Sequence record: PZ452610.1
Reading direction: 5' to 3' (one strand)
Length of the DNA stretch: 64,000 bases
Source: a phage
Shown here: positions 11,893-20,804 of the stretch, one piece after another
Layout of the letters: the number at the start of each line of letters is the position of its first letter
Numbering within the stretch: position 1 is the stretch's first letter
Made by a program: the position numbers and the translations under genes
Notes under the pieces: model-generated
The model's input: only the letters and a program-made list of their open reading frames with translations
Database searches by the model: none
What the model was told of the DNA's origin: nothing

Positions 11893-12144
11893 TTAGAACT
11901 TGATTTCTATCCAATGCCCATCACGTTGGTCATGATTAATTTTGTACTGAAAGCCGTTATCACGAAGCCATTGACCGACTTGCTCGGTGATAGTTAAATC
12001 ATTCTTTGATGGATAGTACGTGAATTGTGTCTGGCCTTTGTCAGCGGCTTTCTCTGCCATCACAGAGAAGTTAGTAATAAAATCACTCAACAAATTGGCT
12101 TTAGTGGCCAGAGCCCTTTCTCTTAATTCCTGTGCAAAACTCAT
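11893..12144 (-). CDS. hypothetical protein (83 aa; position of T4 24.2/24.3)
   Basis: ORF with ATGA overlap to the upstream ORF; no recognisable motif. Confidence 0.5.
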   Translation of the reverse strand: MSFAQELRERALATKANLLSDFITNFSVMAEKAADKGQTQFTYYPSKNDLTITEQVGQWLRDNGFQYKINHDQRDGHWIEIKF

Positions 12145-12341
12145 TTCTTCACCTTTTTGTTAATCAAACGTTTACGGTATACAACTTTTTCTTTTGCTTT
12201 AAACTTTGACCGAGCTGTCTCGGCTTTAGTCCATAGTAATCCAACTTCTTTAGGTTGTAAACCGATTTTTTGAGCAATTTCTACGAATGAAAATCCCGCC
12301 TCATGTAATGTATAAACTTCAACTTCAGCTCTCATAATCAA
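12141..12341 (-). CDS. hypothetical small basic protein (66 aa)
   Basis: ORF with lysine-rich C-terminus; possible helix-turn-helix-like segment (FVEIAQKIGLQPKEV). Confidence 0.45.
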   Translation of the reverse strand: MIMRAEVEVYTLHEAGFSFVEIAQKIGLQPKEVGLLWTKAETARSKFKAKEKVVYRKRLINKKVKK

Positions 12342-12401
12342 TCCAGTATTATTTGGTTTGTGCCATTATATACATCAATCTCAAGATGTGTTTTGTATGC
12401 T

Positions 12402-12431
12402 TTAAAAACGAAGAAAGGGGCCGAAGCCCCT
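12402..12431 (-). terminator. intrinsic terminator after hoc
   Basis: AGGGGC-CGAA-GCCCCT hairpin with U-rich tract on the minus strand, 6 nt after the hoc stop. Confidence 0.65.
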
Positions 12432-12436
12432 TACGA

Positions 12437-13852
12437 TTATGGATATGTATAGATGATACCAGTTTCTAAAGCAGTTTTATGGATGATGTATCCATTACGT
12501 GATTCTTGAACATCAACTTCTGGATAGTCTTTCATCATCTTCTGAAGAGTGTAACGATGCAGGTAGTATTTACTATCTGGATCGTCAATTTTCCAATCTT
12601 TACCTTCTTCAGTCATTTTTTGTATTTCATCCATAACCCACCAACCGCACCAGATGTAAGCTGAAGTACGATGTGGAAGAGGATGAACATAAGGTAATTC
12701 ACCTTCTGGTTCAATTGGAGTCCGTTCAGCAATAACAACTTCAGCGGTTGAACTAATTGTCTTTGAAGTATAATTATCTTTAGTTAATACTGCTTCAACT
12801 TTAATTGTATGAGTACCCGCTGAGGAGGTATCAATACTGTAAGTATTGGTAGAATTACTTTCTGCTACGTTGTCTTTCTTCCAAGAATATACAATATTAG
12901 TATCACCTGGAGCACCAGTAACAGATGCTGTTAAAGTTGCAGTTCCACCAACAGTAGTATTAACTGATGGCGGAGATAAAGAAATGGTGGCACTATTAAA
13001 TGTCGCATTATTAGTTACTACTGTTGCTTCTGCTGAAATTTCTTTTGTAACATAATCTGTTGCAGAAACAGATACGGTGCATTTAAGAGTTTTACTTCCG
13101 ACCTCGGTTGGAGTGAATTTATACGTAGCAGAAGTTGCATCCGGAATATTACTGTCATCCATTGACCACTGGAATGATGTAGTAGCACCTGGAGGTGCAC
13201 TAGAGACATTTGCAGTTAAAGTAATAGGAACACCAAAGACCGTAGTCGGAGACTCAGGCGTAATTTTTAGTGTTGAAGAATTAGCCTTTTTATTTACAGT
13301 CAAAGAAACCGCTGATGATTCTACTGTTTTATCAACGTAATCAGTTGCAGTCACTGTGACAGAACAAGTTATAGACTTAGTTCCTTCGGATGTTGGTATA
13401 TATTCAAAGGTTGATTGCTTTTGACCATCAACAGCGACCCCGTCAACTTTCCATGTATAAGCAATAGCAGCACCACTAGGTTGATTGCTTACATTAGCAG
13501 TGAATGTTGTTGCTGTTCCAATTTCTACTGCCGCCGGAGAAGCCGGAGTAACAGCGACGGTAGAATTATTTTCTTTCTTATTAACAGTGATAGTTGTTGA
13601 CGCTTCAGCTATTTCCGGATCTCCTGCGGAAAGTGTATTAGTTGCAACCACTTTAATTTTTTTTGTTCCTGCTGGAGAAGCAAGAGTATAATCCATTGTA
13701 GCAGCCGTAGAATCCTGTGCTATATCATCTACAGTCCAGACGTATGTAATAGTACCATCCGGAGTTTCACCTGCAGGTGTAGCAGTGAATGTTTGTGAAC
13801 CTCCAATAACCCCTGTAGGAGTTATTGGAGATAACGTGACAGTGAATGTCAT
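12437..13852 (-). CDS. hoc: head outer capsid protein Hoc, with four Ig-like modules
   Basis: 471-aa ORF; N-terminus and C-terminal capsid-binding segment (ELPYVHPLPHR...GIIYTYP) match T4 Hoc; four internal ~90-aa Thr/Ser-rich repeats. Confidence 0.9.
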   Translation of the reverse strand: MTFTVTLSPITPTGVIGGSQTFTATPAGETPDGTITYVWTVDDIAQDSTAATMDYTLASPAGTKKIKVVATNTLSAGDPEIAEASTTITVNKKENNSTVAVTPASPAAVEIGTATTFTANVSNQPSGAAIAYTWKVDGVAVDGQKQSTFEYIPTSEGTKSITCSVTVTATDYVDKTVESSAVSLTVNKKANSSTLKITPESPTTVFGVPITLTANVSSAPPGATTSFQWSMDDSNIPDATSATYKFTPTEVGSKTLKCTVSVSATDYVTKEISAEATVVTNNATFNSATISLSPPSVNTTVGGTATLTASVTGAPGDTNIVYSWKKDNVAESNSTNTYSIDTSSAGTHTIKVEAVLTKDNYTSKTISSTAEVVIAERTPIEPEGELPYVHPLPHRTSAYIWCGWWVMDEIQKMTEEGKDWKIDDPDSKYYLHRYTLQKMMKDYPEVDVQESRNGYIIHKTALETGIIYTYP

Positions 13853-13861
13853 AAGTTATCC

Positions 13862-14530
13862 TTATTTTAATGTTATGAAAGAAGAATTACGAGTTTCACG
13901 AATTAGAACTGATCCGTCGCGATTAATATAATAAATTAAGCTAAATAATGTTTGGTGAGCAGAAGCATGTACAAAACTAGTTGGGCGAGATTTCCAATCT
14001 GGGGTTTCGGCTATCCATTGATAAATCCACCAAGGAACAGTAACATACCCTGGGCCTTTGCCTAATTTAATGAGTGTAGGACTAAAATTTTCAGGCAGAA
14101 CAAATTTTACTTCTTTATTTACCTCTGACTCAGGCTCTTTTTCAGATTCAACAACCTGAGTAATTGCTTCTTCGAATTTATCATGGTCGAATTCTTTTTC
14201 TTGTTCGACAACTTCTAATACTTCAACTTGTTCTGTTGGAGAATCAAACAACAGAATAGCTTCTTCTTTAACTTCTTCGTTGGTGAAATTAACACCATCC
14301 ACATCATCTGCGGCAGTAATTAAATCAGTGATAGATAATCCATCAGTTTCAGGTAATGGTTCATCAGCCAGTGCGTTAAGAGCTTCTTCGATATCAATAA
14401 CAATATTATCGAATGATTTTGTTTTCTTAACACTAATGCCAAATTGTTTCGCATATTCGAACAGTTTAGCTTTGGCTTCCTTTTTATCAGAAAGAGCACG
14501 TAACTCTTCAATATAGTCTTTATCGATCAT
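13862..14530 (-). CDS. inh: prohead protease inhibitor Inh
   Basis: 222-aa ORF directly upstream of hoc, length and position as T4 inh. Confidence 0.8.
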   Translation of the reverse strand: MIDKDYIEELRALSDKKEAKAKLFEYAKQFGISVKKTKSFDNIVIDIEEALNALADEPLPETDGLSITDLITAADDVDGVNFTNEEVKEEAILLFDSPTEQVEVLEVVEQEKEFDHDKFEEAITQVVESEKEPESEVNKEVKFVLPENFSPTLIKLGKGPGYVTVPWWIYQWIAETPDWKSRPTSFVHASAHQTLFSLIYYINRDGSVLIRETRNSSFITLK

Positions 14531-14553
14531 GGTATTTCCTCATTATAAATATA

Positions 14554-14561
14554 ACTATATT
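14554..14561 (+). promoter_or_regulatory. late promoter (TATAAATA) for uvsW
   Basis: Exact TATAAATA about 20 nt upstream of the uvsW ATG. Confidence 0.6.
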
Positions 14562-14580
14562 TATTACATGGTAATTTGAC

Positions 14581-16095
14581 ATGACTGACATTAAAGTACA
14601 TTTTTATGATTTTAGTCACGTGCGCATTGAATGCGACGAAAGTACGTTTTATGAACTTCGTGACTTTTTTAGCTTTGAAGCTGACGGGTATAAATTTAAC
14701 CCAAAATATCGCTATGGGCAATGGGATGGTAGAATTCGACTTTTAGATTACAATCGTTTGTTACCATATGGACTTGTAGGACAAATAAAAAAGTTCTGTA
14801 ACAATATGAGTTATTCTGTATGGATTGACCCTAAAATCTTTGAGACTGAAGACCTTACCAGGGAAGATTTTGACGCATGGCTTTCTAAACAAGAAATTTA
14901 TTCGGGCAACACCAAAATCGAACCACATTGGTATCAAAAAGATGCAGTATATGAAGGACTAGTTAATCGTCGTCGAATTTTAAACCTTCCGACATCAGCA
15001 GGTAAATCACTAATCCAAGCACTTTTAGCTCGGTATTATTTAGAGAACTATGAAGGTAAAATTCTCATTATCGTCCCTACAACAGCATTGACAACCCAAA
15101 TGGCTAATGATTTTGTTGATTATCGCTTGTTTAGTCATTCGATGATTAAGAAAATTGGCGGTGGTGCTGATAAAGCGGACAAATCTAAAAACGACGCTCC
15201 AATTATTGTTGGCACATGGCAAACGGTAGTTAAGCAGCCTAAAGAATGGTTCTCTCAGTTCGGTATGATGATGAACGATGAATGCCACTTAGCAACAGGC
15301 AAAAGTATTTCTTCAATCATCGCAGGATTAAATAATTGCATGTTTAAATTCGGTTTATCCGGCTCATTAAGAGACGGAAAAGCCAATGTAATGCAGTACG
15401 TAGGTATGTTCGGCGAAATCTTCCGTCCTGTTAGCACGTCTAAATTAATGGAAGACGGACAGGTAACTGAGCTTAAGATTAATAGTATTTTCCTTCGTTA
15501 TCCGGACGAATTCACCGTTAAATTAAAAGGTAAAACATACCAAGAAGAAGTTAAAATTATTACCGGACTAAAACGTCGTACAAAGTGGATTGCTCAACTT
15601 TCGGTCAAATTGGCTAAGAAAGACGAGAACGCCTTTGTAATGTTTAAACACGTTACACACGGTAAAGAAATATTTGAAGCTATTAAAGAGCTTGGATACG
15701 AAAAAGTTTATTACGTATCAGGTGAAGTTGATACTGAAACACGTAACGCGCTTAAAGTCATGGCAGAAAATGGTAAAGGCATTATTATTGTCGCATCATA
15801 TGGAGTATTCTCTACTGGTATTTCAGTCAAGAATCTTCATCATGTTATTTTTGCTCATGGTGTTAAATCAAAAATTATCGTACTTCAAACCGTAGGTCGT
15901 GTGCTTCGCAAGCATGGTTCTAAAGCTGTTGCTACAGTTTGGGATCTCATCGACGATGCAGGTGTAAAACCTAAATCATTAAATACTAAAAAGAAGTATA
16001 CTCATCTTAATTACTTGTTAAAACACGGTATTGATCGTATCCAACGTTACGCTGATGAGAAATTTAACTATGTAATGAAAACAATTAATTTATAA
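14581..16095 (+). CDS. uvsW: UvsW DNA helicase (SF2)
   Basis: 504-aa ORF; Walker A PTSAGKS and DECH box; sequence recognisably T4 UvsW; late promoter at 14554-14561. Confidence 0.95.
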   Translation: MTDIKVHFYDFSHVRIECDESTFYELRDFFSFEADGYKFNPKYRYGQWDGRIRLLDYNRLLPYGLVGQIKKFCNNMSYSVWIDPKIFETEDLTREDFDAWLSKQEIYSGNTKIEPHWYQKDAVYEGLVNRRRILNLPTSAGKSLIQALLARYYLENYEGKILIIVPTTALTTQMANDFVDYRLFSHSMIKKIGGGADKADKSKNDAPIIVGTWQTVVKQPKEWFSQFGMMMNDECHLATGKSISSIIAGLNNCMFKFGLSGSLRDGKANVMQYVGMFGEIFRPVSTSKLMEDGQVTELKINSIFLRYPDEFTVKLKGKTYQEEVKIITGLKRRTKWIAQLSVKLAKKDENAFVMFKHVTHGKEIFEAIKELGYEKVYYVSGEVDTETRNALKVMAENGKGIIIVASYGVFSTGISVKNLHHVIFAHGVKSKIIVLQTVGRVLRKHGSKAVATVWDLIDDAGVKPKSLNTKKKYTHLNYLLKHGIDRIQRYADEKFNYVMKTINL

Positions 16096-16120
16096 GGGCT
16101 TCGGCCCTTAGGAGATAAAA

Positions 16121-16351
16121 ATGGTACTTGAATTTAAACAATTTTTATACGAAGCATCTATTGACGAATTCATGGGTAAAATTGCTAGTTGTCATACCCT
16201 AGAAGGGCTTGAAGAATTGGAAGCTTATTATAAGAAACGTATAAAAGAAACGGAATTAAAAGATACAGATGATATTTCTGTCAGGGATGCCTTAGCAGGT
16301 AAGCGTGCCGAACTTGAAGGCGATGATGAGGATGTGGAAGAAGACTTCTAA
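16121..16351 (+). CDS. uvsW.1: UvsW.1 small acidic protein
   Basis: 76-aa ORF with SD AGGAG, separated from uvsW by a GC hairpin; same length as T4 UvsW.1. Confidence 0.8.
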   Translation: MVLEFKQFLYEASIDEFMGKIASCHTLEGLEELEAYYKKRIKETELKDTDDISVRDALAGKRAELEGDDEDVEEDF

Positions 16352-16391
16352 TTAAAAAAAAAGGCCCGACCTTTTTGGAAGGGCCAAAAAC
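16352..16391 (-). terminator. terminator-like GC hairpin with U9 tract after the 58-aa ORF (also immediately after uvsW.1 on the + strand)
   Basis: GGCCC ... GGGCC stem region followed by nine U on the minus strand. Confidence 0.55.
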
Positions 16392-16402
16392 CATAGGCAA
16401 AA

Positions 16403-16579
16403 AAGGTAACACTATAGTAAAAGTTGGGTTTCGTTCAATTGCTCTTCTGAACTTTCTGAAACCGGCAATTGTTGGACATAATTATAACAAGGACCAGGAT
16501 GTGCTGGACCTTTGTCTGTTTCAACAACCAATGCAGAATCGATTGGAGTTTTACAGACAACACAAATCTTATCTGACAT
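16403..16579 (-). CDS. hypothetical small Cys-containing protein (58 aa; uvsY.-2 position)
   Basis: ORF found by manual translation (MSDKICVVCKTPIDSALVVETDKGPAHPGPCYNYVQQ...); SD GGAGG 5 nt upstream; minus-strand TATAAATA at 16609-16616; terminator downstream. Confidence 0.5.
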
Positions 16580-16608
16580 GATTGCCTCCTAAGTTGAAAT
16601 TACATATC

Positions 16609-16616
16609 TATTTATA
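16609..16616 (-). promoter_or_regulatory. late promoter (TATAAATA on minus strand) for the 58-aa Cys-containing ORF
   Basis: Minus-strand TATAAATA about 25 nt upstream of the ATG at 16579. Confidence 0.5.
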
Positions 16617-16836
16617 CAACTCTCATATGCATATCAATGCCCATATCTTTAGAATAAAAATATTCATCAAGATATCCGGCAAATTTTCCTTTAATATAAA
16701 GGACGTCTTCACCACACGGGTGGTCTGCCAGGATACGAATATCCTGACGACGTAGACGATACTTTTCCATTAAGAATTTAATTTCAGTTTCAAATTCTTC
16801 GTCATTATTAAAGGCATCTTCAATTGAATAACGCAT
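16612..16836 (-). CDS. hypothetical protein (74 aa; uvsY.-1 position)
   Basis: ORF whose start overlaps the uvsY stop (ATGA). Confidence 0.6.
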   Translation of the reverse strand: MRYSIEDAFNNDEEFETEIKFLMEKYRLRRQDIRILADHPCGEDVLYIKGKFAGYLDEYFYSKDMGIDMHMRVV

Positions 16837-17249
16837 TATTGCCCCGCTTCAAATTCTCGCATATCCTGGATATGTTTAAGTGCAAAACTACGAGACTTAA
16901 CCGCGTCAAGTGCACCACTACAGAACTCAAGTAAAATTCCCCAGTATTGTAAAGTAGTCTCTATTTTAAGCACATCTTTATCTGCAGCCAGGACAGTTTT
17001 CATTTCAGATTTCTCATATCGGTCCATACTGAATTCATCACCGTCACCTCGTCCCGAGTAGTAGTCTAATCTTGCTTTTAGAGCAGTTTTCTTCTGAGTC
17101 TCTATACGCAACATTTCTTTACGAATAAATGAGTGCTTACGTAGCCATTTGCTGTATAACTTAACATTATTCGCCGTCTCATATTGCAACTTTGTCGTAT
17201 CAATAGCTAAGTCTGCGTCTAACTCTTCCTGTAAATCTTCCAGCTTCAT
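16836..17249 (-). CDS. uvsY: recombination mediator UvsY
   Basis: 137-aa product from the internal ATG at 17249 (MKLEDLQEEL...), matching T4 UvsY; the longer N-terminal extension in the ORF track overlaps the promoter region. Confidence 0.9.
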   Translation of the reverse strand: MKLEDLQEELDADLAIDTTKLQYETANNVKLYSKWLRKHSFIRKEMLRIETQKKTALKARLDYYSGRGDGDEFSMDRYEKSEMKTVLAADKDVLKIETTLQYWGILLEFCSGALDAVKSRSFALKHIQDMREFEAGQ

Positions 17250-17304
17250 AATATTCTCTCTTTTAACTAATAATCTCCCGGCTGTATCGGAAGGACCTAA
17301 AACC

Positions 17305-17329
17305 ATTATACATAGGTTGCCTTGAAGCA
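17305..17329 (-). promoter_or_regulatory. MotA-dependent middle promoter for uvsY
   Basis: Minus strand reads ATGCTTCA (MotA box), 12 nt, TATAAT, about 55 nt upstream of the uvsY ATG. Confidence 0.55.
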
Positions 17330-17728
17330 TTACACTCTATTGCTTGACGCTAACTGAAGTTTAATTTGTTCAATATCGTCAGGGTTGTCTACGACCGAAA
17401 ATCTAATCTCTACTATAACCGTATAGTCATCATATACTGGCGTTACACTTACAGAAAGTTTGTCGATGCGTGGCTCATAGTTACGAACAGCTGCCTGGAT
17501 ATTACGCTCAATCGTATCGGCTGTAAGTGGTGTCATGTTCTCGAAAAGTTCATCGACCAAATCACATCCAAATTCAGGGTCGAAGGGGCGTGAGCCTTTT
17601 CTAGTTGTCACTATGCCAAGAAGACTATTTTTAATAGAACGAAGTCCTACAGAACGAGCAACGTCCTTGTTCCAATCCATACGCATTTCTGGGTCGATAT
17701 CTGAATAAAGTTTATTGATATTAGACAT
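17330..17728 (-). CDS. 25: baseplate wedge protein gp25
   Basis: 132-aa ORF, sequence recognisably T4 gp25 (..NINKLYSDIDPEM..). Confidence 0.93.
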   Translation of the reverse strand: MSNINKLYSDIDPEMRMDWNKDVARSVGLRSIKNSLLGIVTTRKGSRPFDPEFGCDLVDELFENMTPLTADTIERNIQAAVRNYEPRIDKLSVSVTPVYDDYTVIVEIRFSVVDNPDDIEQIKLQLASSNRV

Positions 17729-18354
17729 TATAGTAACTCAAAGAATTCTTTGAGGCCTCGTATTGTGTGAACGTGTGACGCCCCACATTTGGGACATTTA
17801 ATAGGGGTTGCTAGATAAATTGATGGTGATACTAAAAGATTTTTAATATTGATCATGTCATCTTCCGTTATAAGGCCATAAAGGTCGTTTATTTCTGCTT
17901 CAGTTAAATCTTCAACAGGGATGGACTCTCCATTGACAAAAACGGCCTCAATACATGAAGCAATCATTAATGCGATATTTTTATCGTCAAATAATTTAGG
18001 TTGACGGAACTTAATTTTAATACCGCTGAACGAATACCAGGGATCGGCCTGTTCATCTAATTGAGTGTGCAATAAATTCATATAGACTTGAAATGAATGC
18101 CCACAGGAACAATTCCAGGTGTGTTCTTGATTCACTTCACCTAATGAATGTGCCCACAGATTTACCAACAATAACTCGGCTTCTTGTTTAGTCAAGTTTT
18201 TAGCATTAGAGCAATTAGTGATAATATTGTTCACTGCTGATTCAATAGTACCGGTAGCCCGCGCACCTATGAGTCCTAAATATTCTTTTAAAGTAAAGGC
18301 TCTACAATTCACTTCTTTATCGCCTAAACGTACGGTAAACGTATATTTGTACAT
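17728..18354 (-). CDS. 26: baseplate hub protein gp26
   Basis: 208-aa ORF; TAATG overlap with gene 25; late promoter on minus strand at 18373-18380. Confidence 0.88.
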   Translation of the reverse strand: MYKYTFTVRLGDKEVNCRAFTLKEYLGLIGARATGTIESAVNNIITNCSNAKNLTKQEAELLLVNLWAHSLGEVNQEHTWNCSCGHSFQVYMNLLHTQLDEQADPWYSFSGIKIKFRQPKLFDDKNIALMIASCIEAVFVNGESIPVEDLTEAEINDLYGLITEDDMINIKNLLVSPSIYLATPIKCPKCGASHVHTIRGLKEFFELL

Positions 18355-18372
18355 GTTAACTCCTTTATTGTG

Positions 18373-18380
18373 TATTTATA
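18373..18380 (-). promoter_or_regulatory. late promoter (TATAAATA on minus strand) for gene 26
   Basis: Reverse complement of TATTTATA is TATAAATA, about 20 nt upstream of the gene 26 ATG. Confidence 0.55.
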
Positions 18381-18384
18381 AATA
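18377..18384 (+). promoter_or_regulatory. late promoter (TATAAATA) for gene 51
   Basis: TATTTATAAATA palindrome-like element between divergent genes 26 and 51. Confidence 0.6.
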
Positions 18385-18401
18385 ATAGAAAAGGAGTAAT
18401 T

Positions 18402-19154
18402 ATGGCTAATATAATTCGTTGTAAATTACCGGATGGTGTTCATCGTTTTAAGCCGTTCACTGTGGCGGATTATAGAGACTTTTTACTAGTTAGAAATGAT
18501 ATCGAACATCGTTCGCCGCAAGAACAAAAAGAAATAATTGCCGATCTGATTGATGATTATTTTGGCGAGTACCCTAAAACATGGCAACCATTTATATTCC
18601 TGCAAGTTTTTGCAGGCTCTATAGGCAAAACAAAAGTTCCCGTTATTTTCACTTGCCCTAAATGCTCTAAAGAAAAAACTGCACCATTTGAGATATATCA
18701 AAAAGAACTAGTCGAACCTGAACTTGATGTTGCTGGTATAAAAATACGTTTTTCTTTCCCTGAAAAGTTTTATGACAATAAAGCATTAATGATAAGTGAA
18801 AACATAAAAGAAATATATTATAATGATGAATGGTACCCATGGAATGATTTGACTGAAGAGAACCAAATCCAAGTAATAGAAGCAATAGACATTGACTCGC
18901 TCGAGAAGGTTATTGCTTCTATGAATCCTATTAATTTGACCCTTAGATTAGGTTGTTGTGAACGTCATGTTAAAACATACACTGATATCTTAGAGGTTTT
19001 TAAATTGTTAGTTAACCCTGATGAGATTTTTACATTCTATCAGATAAACCATTCACTAGTAAAGAGTCAATACACATTGGATTCTATTATGCAAATGATT
19101 CCTGTTGAACGTGGTATTGCTTTAACATTAGTAGAAAAGGACCATAAAAAATGA
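18402..19154 (+). CDS. 51: baseplate hub assembly protein gp51
   Basis: 250-aa ORF divergent from gene 26; late promoter at 18377-18384; SD AAGGAG. Confidence 0.88.
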   Translation: MANIIRCKLPDGVHRFKPFTVADYRDFLLVRNDIEHRSPQEQKEIIADLIDDYFGEYPKTWQPFIFLQVFAGSIGKTKVPVIFTCPKCSKEKTAPFEIYQKELVEPELDVAGIKIRFSFPEKFYDNKALMISENIKEIYYNDEWYPWNDLTEENQIQVIEAIDIDSLEKVIASMNPINLTLRLGCCERHVKTYTDILEVFKLLVNPDEIFTFYQINHSLVKSQYTLDSIMQMIPVERGIALTLVEKDHKK

Positions 19155-20323
19155 CAGTATTCCAACGTCCAGGATATCCTAACTTAAGCGTTAAATTATA
19201 CCAAGATTATTCTGCTTGGCAAGAAAATAGATACGTTGAACTCGCAGCAACAATAACAACTTTAACCATGCGAGATTCACTATATGGAAGAAATGAAGGG
19301 ATTCTTCAATTTTATGACACTAAAAACATCCACACTAAAATGGATGGTAGACAGATAGTTCAAATCTCTGTTTCAAATTCAAACACACCTCTCCAAGTTA
19401 GAACTCGAATTTACGGATGTAGACATTATTCTGTGTCTGTGGACTCAAAAGGCGACAATATTATTGCAATTGAGCTTGGAACAATACATTCTATAGAGAA
19501 CCTTAAATTTGGGCGTCCATTCTTCCCAGACGCAGGCGAATCTATACGTGAAATGTTAGGTGTCATATACAAAGACCGTACGTTAATTACTCCGCCAATA
19601 AACACTATTAATGCTTATGTTCCTGATATTCCTTGGACAAGCACATTTGATGATTATTTGGCATATGTCAGAGAATTAGGACTTGCTACAGCGAGTGATA
19701 AGTTCGTATTCGTATGGCAAGATATTTTAGGCGTAAACATGATTGACTACGATACTCTTATTGGTCAAGAAGGCATTAAGATGATTGTAGGCGAGCCAAA
19801 TACTGTAGGTCAGTATATTCAAGAGCTTGAGTATCCATTAGTATGGGATTTCACCTGGATGACTAAAGCCAACCAATTTACAAGAGACCCTATTAAAAAC
19901 GCCACAATATTCGCTCATTCATTTTTAGATACATCTATTCCGGTTATTGTTACAGGCGATGGTGATAATGCTATTGTTGTGTCAAGATCCGGCGGATATT
20001 CCGAAATGACCTATCGTAATGGATTTGAAGAAGCAAGTCGTCTTCAGACAATGGCTCAATATGATGGATATGCTAAATGCACTACTACAGGCAATTTTAA
20101 CATAACGCCTGCTACTAAAATTATATTTGTTGACCAAAAGAACCAATTCAAATCCGAATTTTACGTAGATGAAGTTATTCATGAGTTATCAAATAACAAC
20201 TCACAAACTCATCTGTACATGTTTACCAACTCAATGGTGTTAGAACCTGTTAACCCAGTTAAGGTTAAAAATGAACTTAAATCTGATTCTACCTCTAAAG
20301 AAAATAATTCTACCACAGTCTAA
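19151..20323 (+). CDS. 27: baseplate hub protein gp27
   Basis: 390-aa ORF, ATGA overlap with gene 51; length and position of T4 gp27. Confidence 0.92.
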   Translation: MTVFQRPGYPNLSVKLYQDYSAWQENRYVELAATITTLTMRDSLYGRNEGILQFYDTKNIHTKMDGRQIVQISVSNSNTPLQVRTRIYGCRHYSVSVDSKGDNIIAIELGTIHSIENLKFGRPFFPDAGESIREMLGVIYKDRTLITPPINTINAYVPDIPWTSTFDDYLAYVRELGLATASDKFVFVWQDILGVNMIDYDTLIGQEGIKMIVGEPNTVGQYIQELEYPLVWDFTWMTKANQFTRDPIKNATIFAHSFLDTSIPVIVTGDGDNAIVVSRSGGYSEMTYRNGFEEASRLQTMAQYDGYAKCTTTGNFNITPATKIIFVDQKNQFKSEFYVDEVIHELSNNNSQTHLYMFTNSMVLEPVNPVKVKNELKSDSTSKENNSTTV

Positions 20324-20804
20324 TAAAAAGGTAATGATTCCCAAATTAGGGCTCAAACATTATAATCTTTTAAAGGACGTTAAAGGCCCTGATGAAAACA
20401 TGAAAATCTTAGCTGATTCTATTTGTAAAAATATGAGTCCCGCAGATTTTGATTTTGCATGTCTACACATATTGGAATTTAATAACAAACTTAAGTCTGA
20501 AGTTGAAAAAGACGGATTCACATATAAGCTAGATGACGTCTATGTATGCCAACGAACAGAATTCCAATTCCAAGGCAATACTTTTTATTTTAGACCTCCA
20601 GGCAAATTTGAACAATTCGCTACAATCAGTGAAATGCTATCAAATTGCTTAATAAAAGTTAATGACGAAGAGAAAGAAATTTCTTTCCTTGAGATGCCTG
20701 CTTTTGTAATCAAATGGGCAGAAGACCTTTCGACAACTATTGCTATTCCAGGCCCTAATGGTCCTATTAAGGGTATAGCAGAAATTATTGGATTGCTTGA
20801 ATGA
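20271..20804 (+). CDS. 28: baseplate hub distal protein gp28
   Basis: 177-aa ORF (T4 gp28 length) overlapping the 3' end of gene 27; an alternative start at 20334 (SD AAAAGG) would give 156 aa. Confidence 0.85.
   Translation: MNLNLILPLKKIILPQSNKKVMIPKLGLKHYNLLKDVKGPDENMKILADSICKNMSPADFDFACLHILEFNNKLKSEVEKDGFTYKLDDVYVCQRTEFQFQGNTFYFRPPGKFEQFATISEMLSNCLIKVNDEEKEISFLEMPAFVIKWAEDLSTTIAIPGPNGPIKGIAEIIGLLE

Noticed and set aside
16375-16581. 68-aa + strand ORF in the ORF track
   Set aside because: It lies entirely antisense to a better-supported minus-strand 58-aa ORF (strong SD, late promoter, terminator) and has no SD of its own.
16836-17330. 164-aa version of uvsY starting at 17330
   Set aside because: The N-terminal 27 codons overlap the MotA-type promoter and have no SD; the internal ATG at 17249 gives the expected 137-aa UvsY.
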